Assembly (NCBI GenBank): GCA_028279595.1
Contig: JANQNK010000020.1
Location: 224,001 to 288,000, forward strand
Direction: 5' to 3'
From: Thermoplasmatota archaeon
GTDB taxonomy: Archaea > Thermoplasmatota > JAKEGO01
DNA: 64,000 nucleotides
In this document: positions 46,440-56,562 of the stretch, in pieces
Numbering within the stretch: position 1 is the stretch's first letter
Layout: each line of letters starts with the position of its first letter
Notes under the pieces: generated by a model
Told to the model about the DNA's origin: nothing
The model's database searches: none
What the model saw: only the letters and a program-made list of their open reading frames with translations
Position numbers and translations under genes: made by a program

Positions 46440-46504
46440 TGGGTCCCAGCCATAAATACCTTATCTGGAACCGTCTGGGTACATTCTTCACGAGTGGGTG
46501 GTGT

Positions 46505-47119
46505 TCAGGCGGACGTCCTCTCCGGCGCACCGATCGGTACCCCGCCAGGTGTCCTCGCAAGGTAGAGGTACGGAAGCGAAAGCACAGGAAGCACCATCGC
46601 TGTCGAGATAAGATGTCCGATCGTGAATGGCAGTGCCATCGTGTAGCAGAGGATGAATCCCTCGAGGCTGTGTGCGTAGAACGGCCCGAGCCAGACGCCG
46701 AAATTCGTCCAGGCGTCGAAGACAAGGACCCCTGCGATCCCCGAGCCCGTCAGCATCGTCAGGCCCCTTGGAGAGAAGTCAGCGGTCTTGCCGAGATAGC
46801 TCGAGAGCAGTCCGACCATCGCGAAGCCCGACCAGGTGAACACCGCGATCTCCAGGATGAAGACCGCACCACCGCCTATCAGCACCGTGTCGATGTAGAG
46901 GTCGCTGAAGGCCATCGCAAGGACCGGTACCGCGATCCCGTAGTTCCTTCCGAGAAGCGATCCCGCAAGGACCGAAACGGCTCCGATGGATATCCACAGG
47001 TCGAAAGCCACCAGCTCGTTGCCCGGGGGCATCAGTCCCCTGAAGGCCAATCGTCCAGCCACACCGATGCAGACCAGCGAGGCCGCCATCATAAGTCTCA
47101 GTTTCCTTCCATCATCCAT
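46505..47119 (-). CDS. ECF-type S-component-like membrane transporter (probable cobalamin specificity)
   Basis: About 6 TM with SDL, FTWSGF and FDAWTNFGVW...CY..ALPF...H patterns; overlaps the DUF4430 gene. Confidence 0.72.
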   Translation of the reverse strand: MDDGRKLRLMMAASLVCIGVAGRLAFRGLMPPGNELVAFDLWISIGAVSVLAGSLLGRNYGIAVPVLAMAFSDLYIDTVLIGGGAVFILEIAVFTWSGFAMVGLLSSYLGKTADFSPRGLTMLTGSGIAGVLVFDAWTNFGVWLGPFYAHSLEGFILCYTMALPFTIGHLISTAMVLPVLSLPYLYLARTPGGVPIGAPERTSA

Positions 47120-47540
47120 AGCCCTCGAACCTCCATTCAACGTGATCTCCGTCCTCGAGGCGGTATCTGTCGGCGCCGACCATGCCGGCATCGCCGTTCA
47201 CGTAGTAGATCCAGTACTTCCCGTCGTCGCCGCCGGTCCTGTGGCCGATCCTGTCCACCAGGATCGAGTCGAAGCTCGCCCAGTAGGTGGTCTCGACCGT
47301 AATGTTCGCTACCCTGGGCCGGGCAACGTCCAGAAGGGCGCCGAAGACGGTCGCGTTCACGGTCTCGATATCGTAGGTGTCCTCCGTCCCGTCGCCGAAA
47401 TCGAAGGTCACCGTCACGCCGATCGGCTCGTCCACGACGTAGTCCCCATCGTCTCCGCTCATCCAAAGGCCGAACATGGCCCCGACTCCCAATGAGACGA
47501 AAACGACGGCTGTCAGCACTACTGTGAACACCTGATTCAT
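47112..47540 (-). CDS. DUF4430 (transcobalamin C-terminal-like) membrane-anchored binding protein
   Basis: N-terminal TM, then TVFGALL...VDRIG...YWIYYVNG...VGADRYRLEDGDHVEWRF. Confidence 0.85.
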   Translation of the reverse strand: MNQVFTVVLTAVVFVSLGVGAMFGLWMSGDDGDYVVDEPIGVTVTFDFGDGTEDTYDIETVNATVFGALLDVARPRVANITVETTYWASFDSILVDRIGHRTGGDDGKYWIYYVNGDAGMVGADRYRLEDGDHVEWRFEGYG

Positions 47541-47614
47541 ACTAACCCCTGGAGCGGTCTCCCACCCATCGTTGACTGTTTATTTAAGATTTATCGAGGA
47601 ACGGTCCCGGCTCA

Positions 47615-48325
47615 CTATCTCGTCCTTCGCCGCCACCCTATGGTCGCGATCCCGACGACGGCGAGCATTGTCACGGCGATGATGAACCCGAACTCGGGTA
47701 TCACAGTCCCCGTGGTCTCGGCGGCAGTGCTGTTGGTCACGTAATGGTCGTTGGCATAGAACCTGTAGGTGTGCGTGCCGCCCCCTAGCTTGGTCTCGTA
47801 GTAGAACTCCGCACCGTTGGTGTAGTTCGTGTCCATGCCGTCCACCTGCATCATCGTGTGGTTCGTTCCGTCGATGTTGACGTAGACGAACATGGGCGTG
47901 TTATTGTTCTCATCGATGTAATCGACGGTGAAGTTGAACATCGTAGTCCTGTCCCCCGATGACGGGTCCATCGTCCCGTTCTCGAGCTCGGGGGGCGCAT
48001 TGACATTGACGGTCCCGGTCATGCTGGGGTGATACTCGCAGTAGTAGGACCAGTTGGCTGCCGAATTGAAGACTATGGAACCGGTTCCCCCGGATCCACT
48101 GATGTCACCCGTATCCCAGGCATCGTCGTCCTCTGTGGCCGTGTGGGTCGCCGAGTCGTTGTTTTCCCACGTGATCGTGTCCCCTACCTCGATCGTGATA
48201 TCCTCCGGCTTGAACTCGAATCCCTCGATCTCGACCCAGTGGGTCTTCGCCGAAACACCAGGCAGGACCAGCAGGGAAAAGCCCAGGATAAGCAGTACCG
48301 CTATCAACAATTTTCGTGATACCAT
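47615..48325 (-). CDS. Cupredoxin (plastocyanin/azurin-type blue copper protein) with a PEF-CTERM sorting signal
   Basis: Signal peptide; F.P..I.I.VGDTITW.N, HTAT and YYCEYHPSM type-1 Cu ligands; ends VIPEF-TM-RRRTR. AGGTGA RBS precedes ATG 48325. Confidence 0.88.
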   Translation of the reverse strand: MVSRKLLIAVLLILGFSLLVLPGVSAKTHWVEIEGFEFKPEDITIEVGDTITWENNDSATHTATEDDDAWDTGDISGSGGTGSIVFNSAANWSYYCEYHPSMTGTVNVNAPPELENGTMDPSSGDRTTMFNFTVDYIDENNNTPMFVYVNIDGTNHTMMQVDGMDTNYTNGAEFYYETKLGGGTHTYRFYANDHYVTNSTAAETTGTVIPEFGFIIAVTMLAVVGIATIGWRRRTR

Positions 48326-48384
48326 TCCTATCACCTGTGACGGAAGCACGGCTGGAATGTATATCTTCATCCCCTAAATCGCGA

Positions 48385-49623
48385 TCATTCGATCATCGCA
48401 CGCGCGCCGCAATGCGGACACTGTATGACCGCCGGTCTCTCCCGGACCCTGACGATCAGCTTCCTCTCGCACTTGTAGCAGCGGATCAGGAACTCCTCCT
48501 GCTTCGGTCCGCCCACGGGTGCCTGCGAGAACTGTGCCTGTCCGGAGTCCTTTCCGCCTGTCACGGCTGCGCCACCTGCAGGCGCACCTCCAGGCGCGGT
48601 CCCACCGCCGCCGGCTGCTGCCGGTGCGCCTCCCCCAGCGGGTGCTCCTCCGGCCTCGCCTCCGATGGGCGCGGACGTGGTCGGTCCGCCTCCGCCCATT
48701 CCGCCGGTCTGGGCTACCCGGCCTCCCGATCCCGCTACGGGTGACGGGAGGGCGGATCCGTCGTAGGCCGCCTGTATGAGCTCCTTCGGCGGAGCCCTCT
48801 TGAAGACGTCGATGTGCTTCTTGACTATTGGATCGACGATGAACTGCTTGATCGCCAATGCCTCGTCGAGCTCGTCGAGGACCGCGTGATGATATCCAAT
48901 GAGCAACGCTTTGTCCTGCGCAAAGGACCTGAGGATCATCTTGGTCTTACCGCCCTCGCCCATGAGCTCGATGTAGGTCGCGAACTTCTCGGCGACGCTC
49001 TCGCAGTAGAAGCGGACCTTCCCGCGCAGTCCCATGGAGCTCCTCGCGATGGAGGGTTCGAGCATGAATATGTTAACACCCTTGAGGGTGTTGCCGATGA
49101 CATCGACGATCCTGTCGGCGGGGAGCGGGAGTGCTATCCTCTCCGCAGTGTTGATGAGTCCCTTTGCGACCTCCATCCATTCCGATGTGTCGATGGGCCT
49201 CGGGTAGACTATCGGAGCCTCGATCGAGAAGGATACCGGTAGGACCTCCTCCTCCCTCATGTGGTCGGTCTTGGGGTTGAGGAACTGAAGTTGGGATGAT
49301 AACGATACCTCTCCACATACATGGGCGGGCCTGAACTCGAGCTTGACGACCTCCGGCTTTCCCGGGAGCAGACGGGGTATCTTCGTCTGCGTCGTCATAG
49401 GAAGTAGTGACTGCGGGTGCCTGACCGAGATGAGGATGTCGTAGATCGGCCTCTTGACCGTGTTGACGAGCATGAGCATGTAGATGACGTTCGCACCCTC
49501 GAACCTGATTGTACTCTTCGTCTTGATCAGCTCCGAGCCTCCGCTCGTGAGGTCTCCAAAATCGGTCGGGTCTGCGATGTAGTCCTCGACGGTCTTGATT
49601 CCACCCTTCTCGTCACGAACCAT
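48385..49623 (-). CDS. Hypothetical cytoplasmic protein: putative beta-sandwich plus platform module, G/A/P linker, C-terminal zinc ribbon
   Basis: 412-aa ORF without a signal peptide; low-complexity GAP linker; CYKC-x16-CPHC. Confidence 0.7.
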   Translation of the reverse strand: MVRDEKGGIKTVEDYIADPTDFGDLTSGGSELIKTKSTIRFEGANVIYMLMLVNTVKRPIYDILISVRHPQSLLPMTTQTKIPRLLPGKPEVVKLEFRPAHVCGEVSLSSQLQFLNPKTDHMREEEVLPVSFSIEAPIVYPRPIDTSEWMEVAKGLINTAERIALPLPADRIVDVIGNTLKGVNIFMLEPSIARSSMGLRGKVRFYCESVAEKFATYIELMGEGGKTKMILRSFAQDKALLIGYHHAVLDELDEALAIKQFIVDPIVKKHIDVFKRAPPKELIQAAYDGSALPSPVAGSGGRVAQTGGMGGGGPTTSAPIGGEAGGAPAGGGAPAAAGGGGTAPGGAPAGGAAVTGGKDSGQAQFSQAPVGGPKQEEFLIRCYKCERKLIVRVRERPAVIQCPHCGARAMIE

Positions 49624-49825
49624 GCTGCGTCGATCCTCCGCCGGGGAACCGCCCCCGATACGTTACCGTATCCCTGAATATATCTAGGTTTATATAAATC
49701 CTTACCGCCCTCTCTCACCAACGACGGGGCTTATTTCACCATCGCGGGCCCTCGTTGCTGTTGTCATCGTGCAAAACAGGGCTGATTTTCCCGTTTAGTC
49801 CGGGGGTCTGGCCACCCGAACTTCT

Positions 49826-52800
49826 CTATTGTTTCTCCTTCCTTTCGGGATCCTCTTTCTCCTGCTTCTCGACACCCTCTTCCCATTCGGGTGTGGGGGC
49901 ACCCTCGTCCCCGGGTCCTGCAGGGGTCTCGCCGGGATCATCGCCGTCCGCCTTCGAACCCTCCCATTCCGGCGTTGCCTCGGGATCGTCGGAATCGTCC
50001 TCTGCGGAAACCTCATCCTGTTCGTCGCCGTCGTCCTCCCATTCAGGGGAGTCGACCGACTTCGATTCGTCCCGCAGGCCGTCGAGGTCCTCCTTCCTCT
50101 CGGGTCCCGGCCTCGCTCCGGGGACGGCCTTTTCATCCTTGTCCGGAGCCCTCATCGATCCATAGCGCTCGACGTGTCCGGCGTCCTCGAAGTCCTTGAT
50201 GTCGGGTCCCTCGTCCGGTTTCCGCGGCACGCCCATGGGGAAGTCGGGGCCTACATCGTCGGGTTCGCTGCCCGGGATCGGCGGTAACGGCTTGAGGCCC
50301 TTTCCGTCGTCCTCGACCTCGTCTTCGCTGTCCCCGTCCTTGGTCTTTTCCCACGCATCGTCCTGCGATCCCTTCGGCAGCAGCGCGCCGCACTCGGGAC
50401 AGCGATGGGATACGTTGTCCTCGACCTCGGACCTGCAGCGCGGACAGGTGACCTTGTTCGCCCTTGCCCTGATCTTCTTGAAGGCGCTCTTGTGCCTGAT
50501 GTAGACCACTGCAAGGAATATCACGACGATCACGAGGACCGCTATCATCAGGAACGGAACGAGGGAGCTCTCGTCCTTCTCCCCCTGCAGCTCGAGGGGA
50601 GCGAAGATCGTCAGATGAGTGACGTTCGCCCAGACGAAGTCGTTCTCGATGTCGACGCCGGTAAGACCCGCGATACGCCAATCCTCGTCCTCGGCATCCC
50701 AGTAGAACATGCGCAGTTTCTTTGCGCTGACACCGGAGGGAAGGTCGCCGTAATGCACCTCTATACTGACCCACGAGACGTTCGCATCGGGATCGTCGAT
50801 CTCGATGGTGAAGTAGAGTCCTATGTCGGTCCTATCACCGCCTGACGGGTCTGCGGTGGGGCCTACGTCCAACTCACCCGGGCCCTGGATGGATGCCCAG
50901 ACCACAATGTATCCATCCGTGAACGAGCTGTTGATCATGAGGATGCGGTCCCGCGTCACGACCGTCGCTGTGAGCGGTAATAACTCACTCCCTTTGGACC
51001 CGTTGTTGATACCGTCAGTTGCCACGATCCAGTAGTTGACCCCGGGCGGGACCACGGCATAGCCAGGAATGACGGCAGAGTAGGTGCCTGACAAGTGGTC
51101 CCCAGAGGTCCGATCCATTTCGATGCCAGCGAAACTGAACGGGTATCTCGGGTCCTCGTAGCGAAGCTCGACATATTGAACGAACCGATCATCGCCCACT
51201 ACCGCCGAAATCGTCAACGGTTCGCCGTGCGTCCAGTTGACCTCGGGGACATGGCTGATCCACGGCGCATCGGTGTCGTCCGGAGTAAGGACGTCCACCT
51301 CGTACGGGTCGCCCACCGGGTCAGTGACCGAGTTGCGACCGTCCGAGGCGATCATGTAGTAGGAGAAGTCGTCGGAGACATCCGAAGCAGGGATCGTCGC
51401 TTTGAAGAGGATCCCTCCGTACATTGGCAGTGTCTTCCATGATGAGCCCTTCCCGTAATAGAGCGTGACATTGTCGATCCCGATGTCGTCATACACATAT
51501 ACCGTGATGTTCACATCCACACCGGCCTCCGCCGATGTCACTGGTTCGTGGACGATGGCTGGGGGATTCCTGTCGACGGCCGAGAGGTCGATTGTGAAGT
51601 TCCTCTTCTCGGACGGTACCTCGAACCTGCCATCGCCGATCTCCACCCACCATTGGTAGGTGATGTTCTCAGTGAGATTGTATATGAATGTTGCCGATGA
51701 GTTGTGCTGGTGGACCTGCCAGACCTCGGTGCCGTTGTGATAGAGGAGCAGGCGGTTGCTGTAGGCGTCTCCGTCGGGATCGTAGGACTGCCACGCGAAC
51801 AGGACGGTGGTCGAATTGATGACAGCGTCGTCGGGCGGTGTCAACAGATCCACGGTCGGCGGATGGGGAAGGTCGGAGTTGTTCAGGGTGACGAGGGTAC
51901 CGAGGCTGTATCCATCGACGGACTGGTCGCTTGGAAGGAACCATACGTACAGTGTGCCACTGAACTCGGGGACGTCGTTGAGCGAATCCCAGACGAAGGT
52001 GTAATTCACCCCGGTTGCGTCAACCGGTAGGTCGTCGGTGTCATTCAGGATGGTACAGGGTCCGTATGTACTGTTATCGATGTGCCAACCGACGTAGACC
52101 GAAACCGGGTCCCAGTTCGCGTCCGCAATGGTCACGTTGAACCAGACCAGTCCCATGTCGACGTTCTTGTCGATGAGCTCGATCGTCGGCTGTTGCGCCA
52201 GTAACATGAAGGATATCCTCAATACCGGACCGGGACCCACGGTTTGTTTGACCTGTTCGCTTGCCCTATCCTTGACCGAGACGTTGTAGGTCTGGTTGTG
52301 AGTACCAGTGATGTTGTGAACGACGCCGGGCATGATGATCCATGGGCTCTTGCCCTTCGTGTCCGTCCGGGCTCCAGTTCCGCCATATCCGGGGGATGCA
52401 TGCATTACGGTATCGGATATCGTGTTCAGGACCTCGATCTCGGCGTCGCCGACCGGATTGGATGCAAGGGTGTCGTCGGTCACCATGACCTGGAAGTACA
52501 TCATCTCAGTGATCCAGCTGTAGTCGTGAATTGTCGCCCAATCCCAGGTCGAGTTGTATGTAAGCAGGTAGGAGCCCGACAGGTCCAACCTACCAAAGGA
52601 AACGTTGAAACCGGTGCCCATTGAATCCCTCAACGCGAAGTAATCGTCAATGCTCGAGTGCTCGATCCAGAAGGTGGTGTCCATCAGTTCGATGTCCTCG
52701 ATGATAGAATCCGAGATATCGATGTCGCTCTCATGGGCCTGTAGCTCGCACCACGCCATACTCAGTGAGGCGCCTTCGATATCGATGCCTTCGGAACCCA

Positions 52801-55249
52801 CTATCAGGATGTTGATGTCGGTCGCGTTCATGATTGCGAGGTTCGAGCTGTTTATCAGTGCAAGGTATCCATGCTCGCTGGCATCGATGTCATCGGTAGC
52901 GTTCATGTAATATCCGATGGAGCCTCCGTTCACTGTCACCGTCTCGTTGAAGTCGAGGGTGGTCATGTCGATGCTCTCTCCGTCCATCCACAGGTTGCCG
53001 ATGTCCGAATCCCTCATGACCAGCGTACCGAAGCTAACCTTGAGGTCGTCGGAAAGCACAGAACCTGTTATCTCGAGGGTTGAATCTCCCAACCAGGCAT
53101 CCCCCTCCAGACCGGAGTCGATGACCACGACATGGCTCGAGAAGTAGACCTGGGCCGAGTTGAACCCTCCCGTCATGTTCGAATCCTCTATCGTCAGGTT
53201 CGAGAACACGACCATGAAGCCACTTGGAACATCGACGAAATTGCAGCCTTCGACCATCACGTCCGCGAATGTCAGGTTGTACTGGCTCCCCCCTCGGAAA
53301 CTTACATCATCGAAGTTAGCCGACCCGGTTATGTCGAACCCATCCGTGTTGCGTATCTCACCGCCCGTCCAATTGACGTGGCCGCCCACTGACAGGTCCG
53401 CGCCGATCAACGACGTATCCATGAACTCGGCCGTCCCCGTGATATCGAGATCGCCCTCGATATCGATCATGTACAGCGATGCCGATCCCGGAATCGACAC
53501 CGAGTCGAACACTCCGATTGTCGAATTGCTCACGGATGAAACGGAATCGATCACCATCCGCTCGTTCTCGACCCATTCTACGTGGATGCCGTCCTCCATC
53601 AGCTCGAGGAGTTCGATCCGTGTGTTGATGGACCCGTTGAGGGTCAGGGCTTTCGATATGGTGCCCCCGTCATAGGTCCCGTTGAGAACGTGTATGGTAT
53701 CTCCTTCGGCCGCGTTGTCGTGCCCCTTCATCACGGTGTCGTAGGGGTGATCCATCGAACCGTTCATGCTCCCGTTCGCGTCGTCGTCGACGTAGATGTC
53801 CATCGCGTACGGTCTTGTGAACGTCTCCTGGCGGCTCAACTGCATGTTCAGGTCCCTCATCTCCGACCAAGGTCCGAGGGTCATGCCTGCGTCGATGTCG
53901 TGGAGCGTCATTCCCCCCATGCTCCGCGTCATGTACTTGACGATGACACCTCCGATGATACCTGTCGACCGCGTCTTGTCGTCGGTCCCGTTGTAGACCT
54001 CGGTGGAATATATCTTGGAACCATCCTCGATAACGACACCGTCGACCCCCTCGATGGGTCCTTCCGAGTTCTTCGCATAGAGCCAGAGGTAATTGTACAT
54101 CGTGAACGTCGATGTCGAGTCCACCGAGTGATTGTTATGTGTGAGATTGTAGGAGTTAACCTCCGACGAGTCGATGAGCTCCATGTCCATCTCGGTGACA
54201 TCAATGGTGGAGTTCGTTATGTTGCCCCATGAGGCTTCGTAGCCGATCCCGTCCTCCGATTCGTTCAGGCCGATATCGTAGATGTCGGAGCTCGAGTTCC
54301 GGAAGTAGATCGACGCGAAGGTTCCGTCGCACCTGTAGAAGGTCGTGTCCATAATGGTCAATGTCGCCATGTAGGTCTCCATGTGTCTCTGTACCGAGTC
54401 AACGAGCGAGCTGTTCACGATATCGACGGTACCCTCGGAGACGGTGATCCCGTCGGTGGCCCCTTCTATCGTGACGTTGTCAATGGTCACGTCAAAGCCT
54501 TCCGTGATCGGTATCCCGTCGGTGCAGTCCTGTATCAACGAGTCCTCTATGGTGACGTTGATGTTGTCCTTCAGCATGATGCCGTTGGAGGCCGAGTAGA
54601 TCTGTGCCCTCCTGACGATCGTGTCGTTGGTCTCCTTTGCGAGGTCGATCCCGTAGGTGCTCCCCGTGACCATCACGTCCTCGATGGTGACATCCTCGGA
54701 CTCGTAGATGTACATACTGAACAGGGACACACCGAGGACGCTCGAGTTCCTAACTGTCACGTTGGTAGAGCCTTTCACGGAAACGCCGCGCACACCGTTC
54801 GTGATGTCGATCTTGTTCATCAGCGCGGTCTCGGCACCGGTGATGTCGATCGCAGTCTGGGTTATCGTGGGGAACTCCAGGTCCCTGAGCCTGATGTCGG
54901 GGGCCGTGCAAAGGATGCCGAAATCGCCGTCCTGGACCGATATGTGGCTGATGGTCGCGTTGGCGCTGACGTCGAACACGGTCCCGACAACCTCGACCGC
55001 GGTCTCGGTGGTTCCGTTCCCGTAGATCGTGACCGATTTGTTGACGATCACATTCTCATGGTAGTTCCCGGCGAACACGTAGATCCAATCGCCATCGGTC
55101 GCGTTGTCGATAGCGCCCTGGATGTTGTCGTAGTCCGCCTTCGCCCAATCGTCGTCGACGATTATGACGTCGCCGCTGCCGACAGCGGCTACGGCTAAAA
55201 GCATGCTCGATAGGCACAGGAGTGCTAGAAATCCCCTCAACATGTGCAT
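49826..55249 (-). CDS. Large surface glycoprotein with parallel beta-helix (NosD/CASH-like) domains, Ig-like domains, TM, cytoplasmic zinc ribbon and acidic tail
   Basis: Signal peptide; two VDDD...IQ.AID-type beta-helix caps; many NxS/T sequons; TM LMIAVLVIVVIFLAVVYI; CPRC...CPEC; D/E/P-rich tail. Confidence 0.85.
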   Translation of the reverse strand: MHMLRGFLALLCLSSMLLAVAAVGSGDVIIVDDDWAKADYDNIQGAIDNATDGDWIYVFAGNYHENVIVNKSVTIYGNGTTETAVEVVGTVFDVSANATISHISVQDGDFGILCTAPDIRLRDLEFPTITQTAIDITGAETALMNKIDITNGVRGVSVKGSTNVTVRNSSVLGVSLFSMYIYESEDVTIEDVMVTGSTYGIDLAKETNDTIVRRAQIYSASNGIMLKDNINVTIEDSLIQDCTDGIPITEGFDVTIDNVTIEGATDGITVSEGTVDIVNSSLVDSVQRHMETYMATLTIMDTTFYRCDGTFASIYFRNSSSDIYDIGLNESEDGIGYEASWGNITNSTIDVTEMDMELIDSSEVNSYNLTHNNHSVDSTSTFTMYNYLWLYAKNSEGPIEGVDGVVIEDGSKIYSTEVYNGTDDKTRSTGIIGGVIVKYMTRSMGGMTLHDIDAGMTLGPWSEMRDLNMQLSRQETFTRPYAMDIYVDDDANGSMNGSMDHPYDTVMKGHDNAAEGDTIHVLNGTYDGGTISKALTLNGSINTRIELLELMEDGIHVEWVENERMVIDSVSSVSNSTIGVFDSVSIPGSASLYMIDIEGDLDITGTAEFMDTSLIGADLSVGGHVNWTGGEIRNTDGFDITGSANFDDVSFRGGSQYNLTFADVMVEGCNFVDVPSGFMVVFSNLTIEDSNMTGGFNSAQVYFSSHVVVIDSGLEGDAWLGDSTLEITGSVLSDDLKVSFGTLVMRDSDIGNLWMDGESIDMTTLDFNETVTVNGGSIGYYMNATDDIDASEHGYLALINSSNLAIMNATDINILIVGSEGIDIEGASLSMAWCELQAHESDIDISDSIIEDIELMDTTFWIEHSSIDDYFALRDSMGTGFNVSFGRLDLSGSYLLTYNSTWDWATIHDYSWITEMMYFQVMVTDDTLASNPVGDAEIEVLNTISDTVMHASPGYGGTGARTDTKGKSPWIIMPGVVHNITGTHNQTYNVSVKDRASEQVKQTVGPGPVLRISFMLLAQQPTIELIDKNVDMGLVWFNVTIADANWDPVSVYVGWHIDNSTYGPCTILNDTDDLPVDATGVNYTFVWDSLNDVPEFSGTLYVWFLPSDQSVDGYSLGTLVTLNNSDLPHPPTVDLLTPPDDAVINSTTVLFAWQSYDPDGDAYSNRLLLYHNGTEVWQVHQHNSSATFIYNLTENITYQWWVEIGDGRFEVPSEKRNFTIDLSAVDRNPPAIVHEPVTSAEAGVDVNITVYVYDDIGIDNVTLYYGKGSSWKTLPMYGGILFKATIPASDVSDDFSYYMIASDGRNSVTDPVGDPYEVDVLTPDDTDAPWISHVPEVNWTHGEPLTISAVVGDDRFVQYVELRYEDPRYPFSFAGIEMDRTSGDHLSGTYSAVIPGYAVVPPGVNYWIVATDGINNGSKGSELLPLTATVVTRDRILMINSSFTDGYIVVWASIQGPGELDVGPTADPSGGDRTDIGLYFTIEIDDPDANVSWVSIEVHYGDLPSGVSAKKLRMFYWDAEDEDWRIAGLTGVDIENDFVWANVTHLTIFAPLELQGEKDESSLVPFLMIAVLVIVVIFLAVVYIRHKSAFKKIRARANKVTCPRCRSEVEDNVSHRCPECGALLPKGSQDDAWEKTKDGDSEDEVEDDGKGLKPLPPIPGSEPDDVGPDFPMGVPRKPDEGPDIKDFEDAGHVERYGSMRAPDKDEKAVPGARPGPERKEDLDGLRDESKSVDSPEWEDDGDEQDEVSAEDDSDDPEATPEWEGSKADGDDPGETPAGPGDEGAPTPEWEEGVEKQEKEDPERKEKQ

Positions 55250-55413
55250 CGCCAGTGTTCAATCGCCACTGTTTCATTTATAGGTTTGCATATAGGCCTT
55301 AGCGGTCAGGTCGTAACGCGTTTCCATGCTGAGTGGAGGTCAGCCATATCCCGCGAAACATTTTCCACGATAGGTTTAATTATAACTCACCGTATCGGCG
55401 ACCGGTGACACAG

Positions 55414-56553
55414 ATGGACATGAGTTCCTACCTCAGTGAGTACGATAACGAGAACATCACGATAGGCGCCATCGCCTCCCACTCTGCCCTGGACGTCTTC
55501 GACGGCGCGGTCGAGGAGGGCTTCAAGACCCTGGCCATCTGCCAGGCGGGCCGTGAGAGGACCTACACGGAGTTCTTCAAGGGCTACAGGCGAGATGGTG
55601 AGATGTACCGCGGCATGGTCGACGACTCGATCGTCCTCGACAAGTTCAAGGATGTCATGGGGCAGGAGATGCAGGTCGATCTGAGGTCGAGGAGCACGGT
55701 CATGATCCCGAACCGCTCGTTCTCATCGTACGTCGATATCGAGGACATCGAGGAGCGGTTCCATGTGCCGATGTTCGGTAGCAGGAACATGCTCCGGGTG
55801 GAGGAGCGCGGAGAGAAGCAGGACTACTACTGGCTCCTCGAGAAGGCCGGCCTCCCGTTCCCGGAGAAGGTGGCACCCGAGGACATCGACGAGCTGACGA
55901 TCATCAAGCTGCATCACGCGGTCAAGAAACTGGAGCGCGGTTTCTTCACGGCATCCTCGTACGAGGAGTACCAGCAGAAGTCCGAACTGCTGCTCAAGCA
56001 GGGCATCATAACACAGGAGGCCCTCGACGGCGCACGTGTCGAGCGATACGTGATAGGACCGGTCTTCAACCTGGATTTCTTCTACTCTCCGCTGGAATCG
56101 AGGGCGAACGCCATCGAGCTCATCGGCGTCGACTGGAGGTTCGAATCGTCCCTGGACGGCCACGTCAGGCTCCCTGCACCCCAGCAGATCTCCCTGAACG
56201 AGAAGCAGATCGTTCCTGAGTACACTGTGGTCGGACACAACAGCGCGACCATCCGGGAGAGTCTGCTGGAGAAGACCTTCCCGATGGCCGAGAAGTTCAT
56301 CGAGGCAGCGAGGGAGCACTACTACCCGGGAATGATCGGGCCGTTCTGCCTCCAGACCTGCATAGACAAGGACATGAACTATTACATCTACGACGTCGCT
56401 CCGAGGATCGGCGGCGGCACCAACGTTCACATGAGCGTCGGTCATCCCTACGGCAACGCGTTGTGGCGGAGACAGCTATCGACGGGCAGGCGCGTCGCAA
56501 TGGAAGTGAAGCGCGCGGCCGAGGAGGACAGGCTCTCCGAGATATGCACCTGA
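55414..56553 (+). CDS. purP: Formate--AICAR ligase (PurP family, ATP-grasp)
   Basis: IASHSALD, IPNRSF, KLERGFF, GPFCLQ and RIGGGTN motifs. Start moved to MDMSSYL. Confidence 0.93.
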   Translation: MDMSSYLSEYDNENITIGAIASHSALDVFDGAVEEGFKTLAICQAGRERTYTEFFKGYRRDGEMYRGMVDDSIVLDKFKDVMGQEMQVDLRSRSTVMIPNRSFSSYVDIEDIEERFHVPMFGSRNMLRVEERGEKQDYYWLLEKAGLPFPEKVAPEDIDELTIIKLHHAVKKLERGFFTASSYEEYQQKSELLLKQGIITQEALDGARVERYVIGPVFNLDFFYSPLESRANAIELIGVDWRFESSLDGHVRLPAPQQISLNEKQIVPEYTVVGHNSATIRESLLEKTFPMAEKFIEAAREHYYPGMIGPFCLQTCIDKDMNYYIYDVAPRIGGGTNVHMSVGHPYGNALWRRQLSTGRRVAMEVKRAAEEDRLSEICT

Positions 56554-56562
56554 GGTGATCCC

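Noticed and set aside
49624-49825. tRNA or ncRNA in the larger intergenic gaps (also 40964-41158 and 55250-55413)
   Set aside because: No cloverleaf, T-loop or recognisable RNA family motif was found. The AT-rich patches are explained as TATA boxes.
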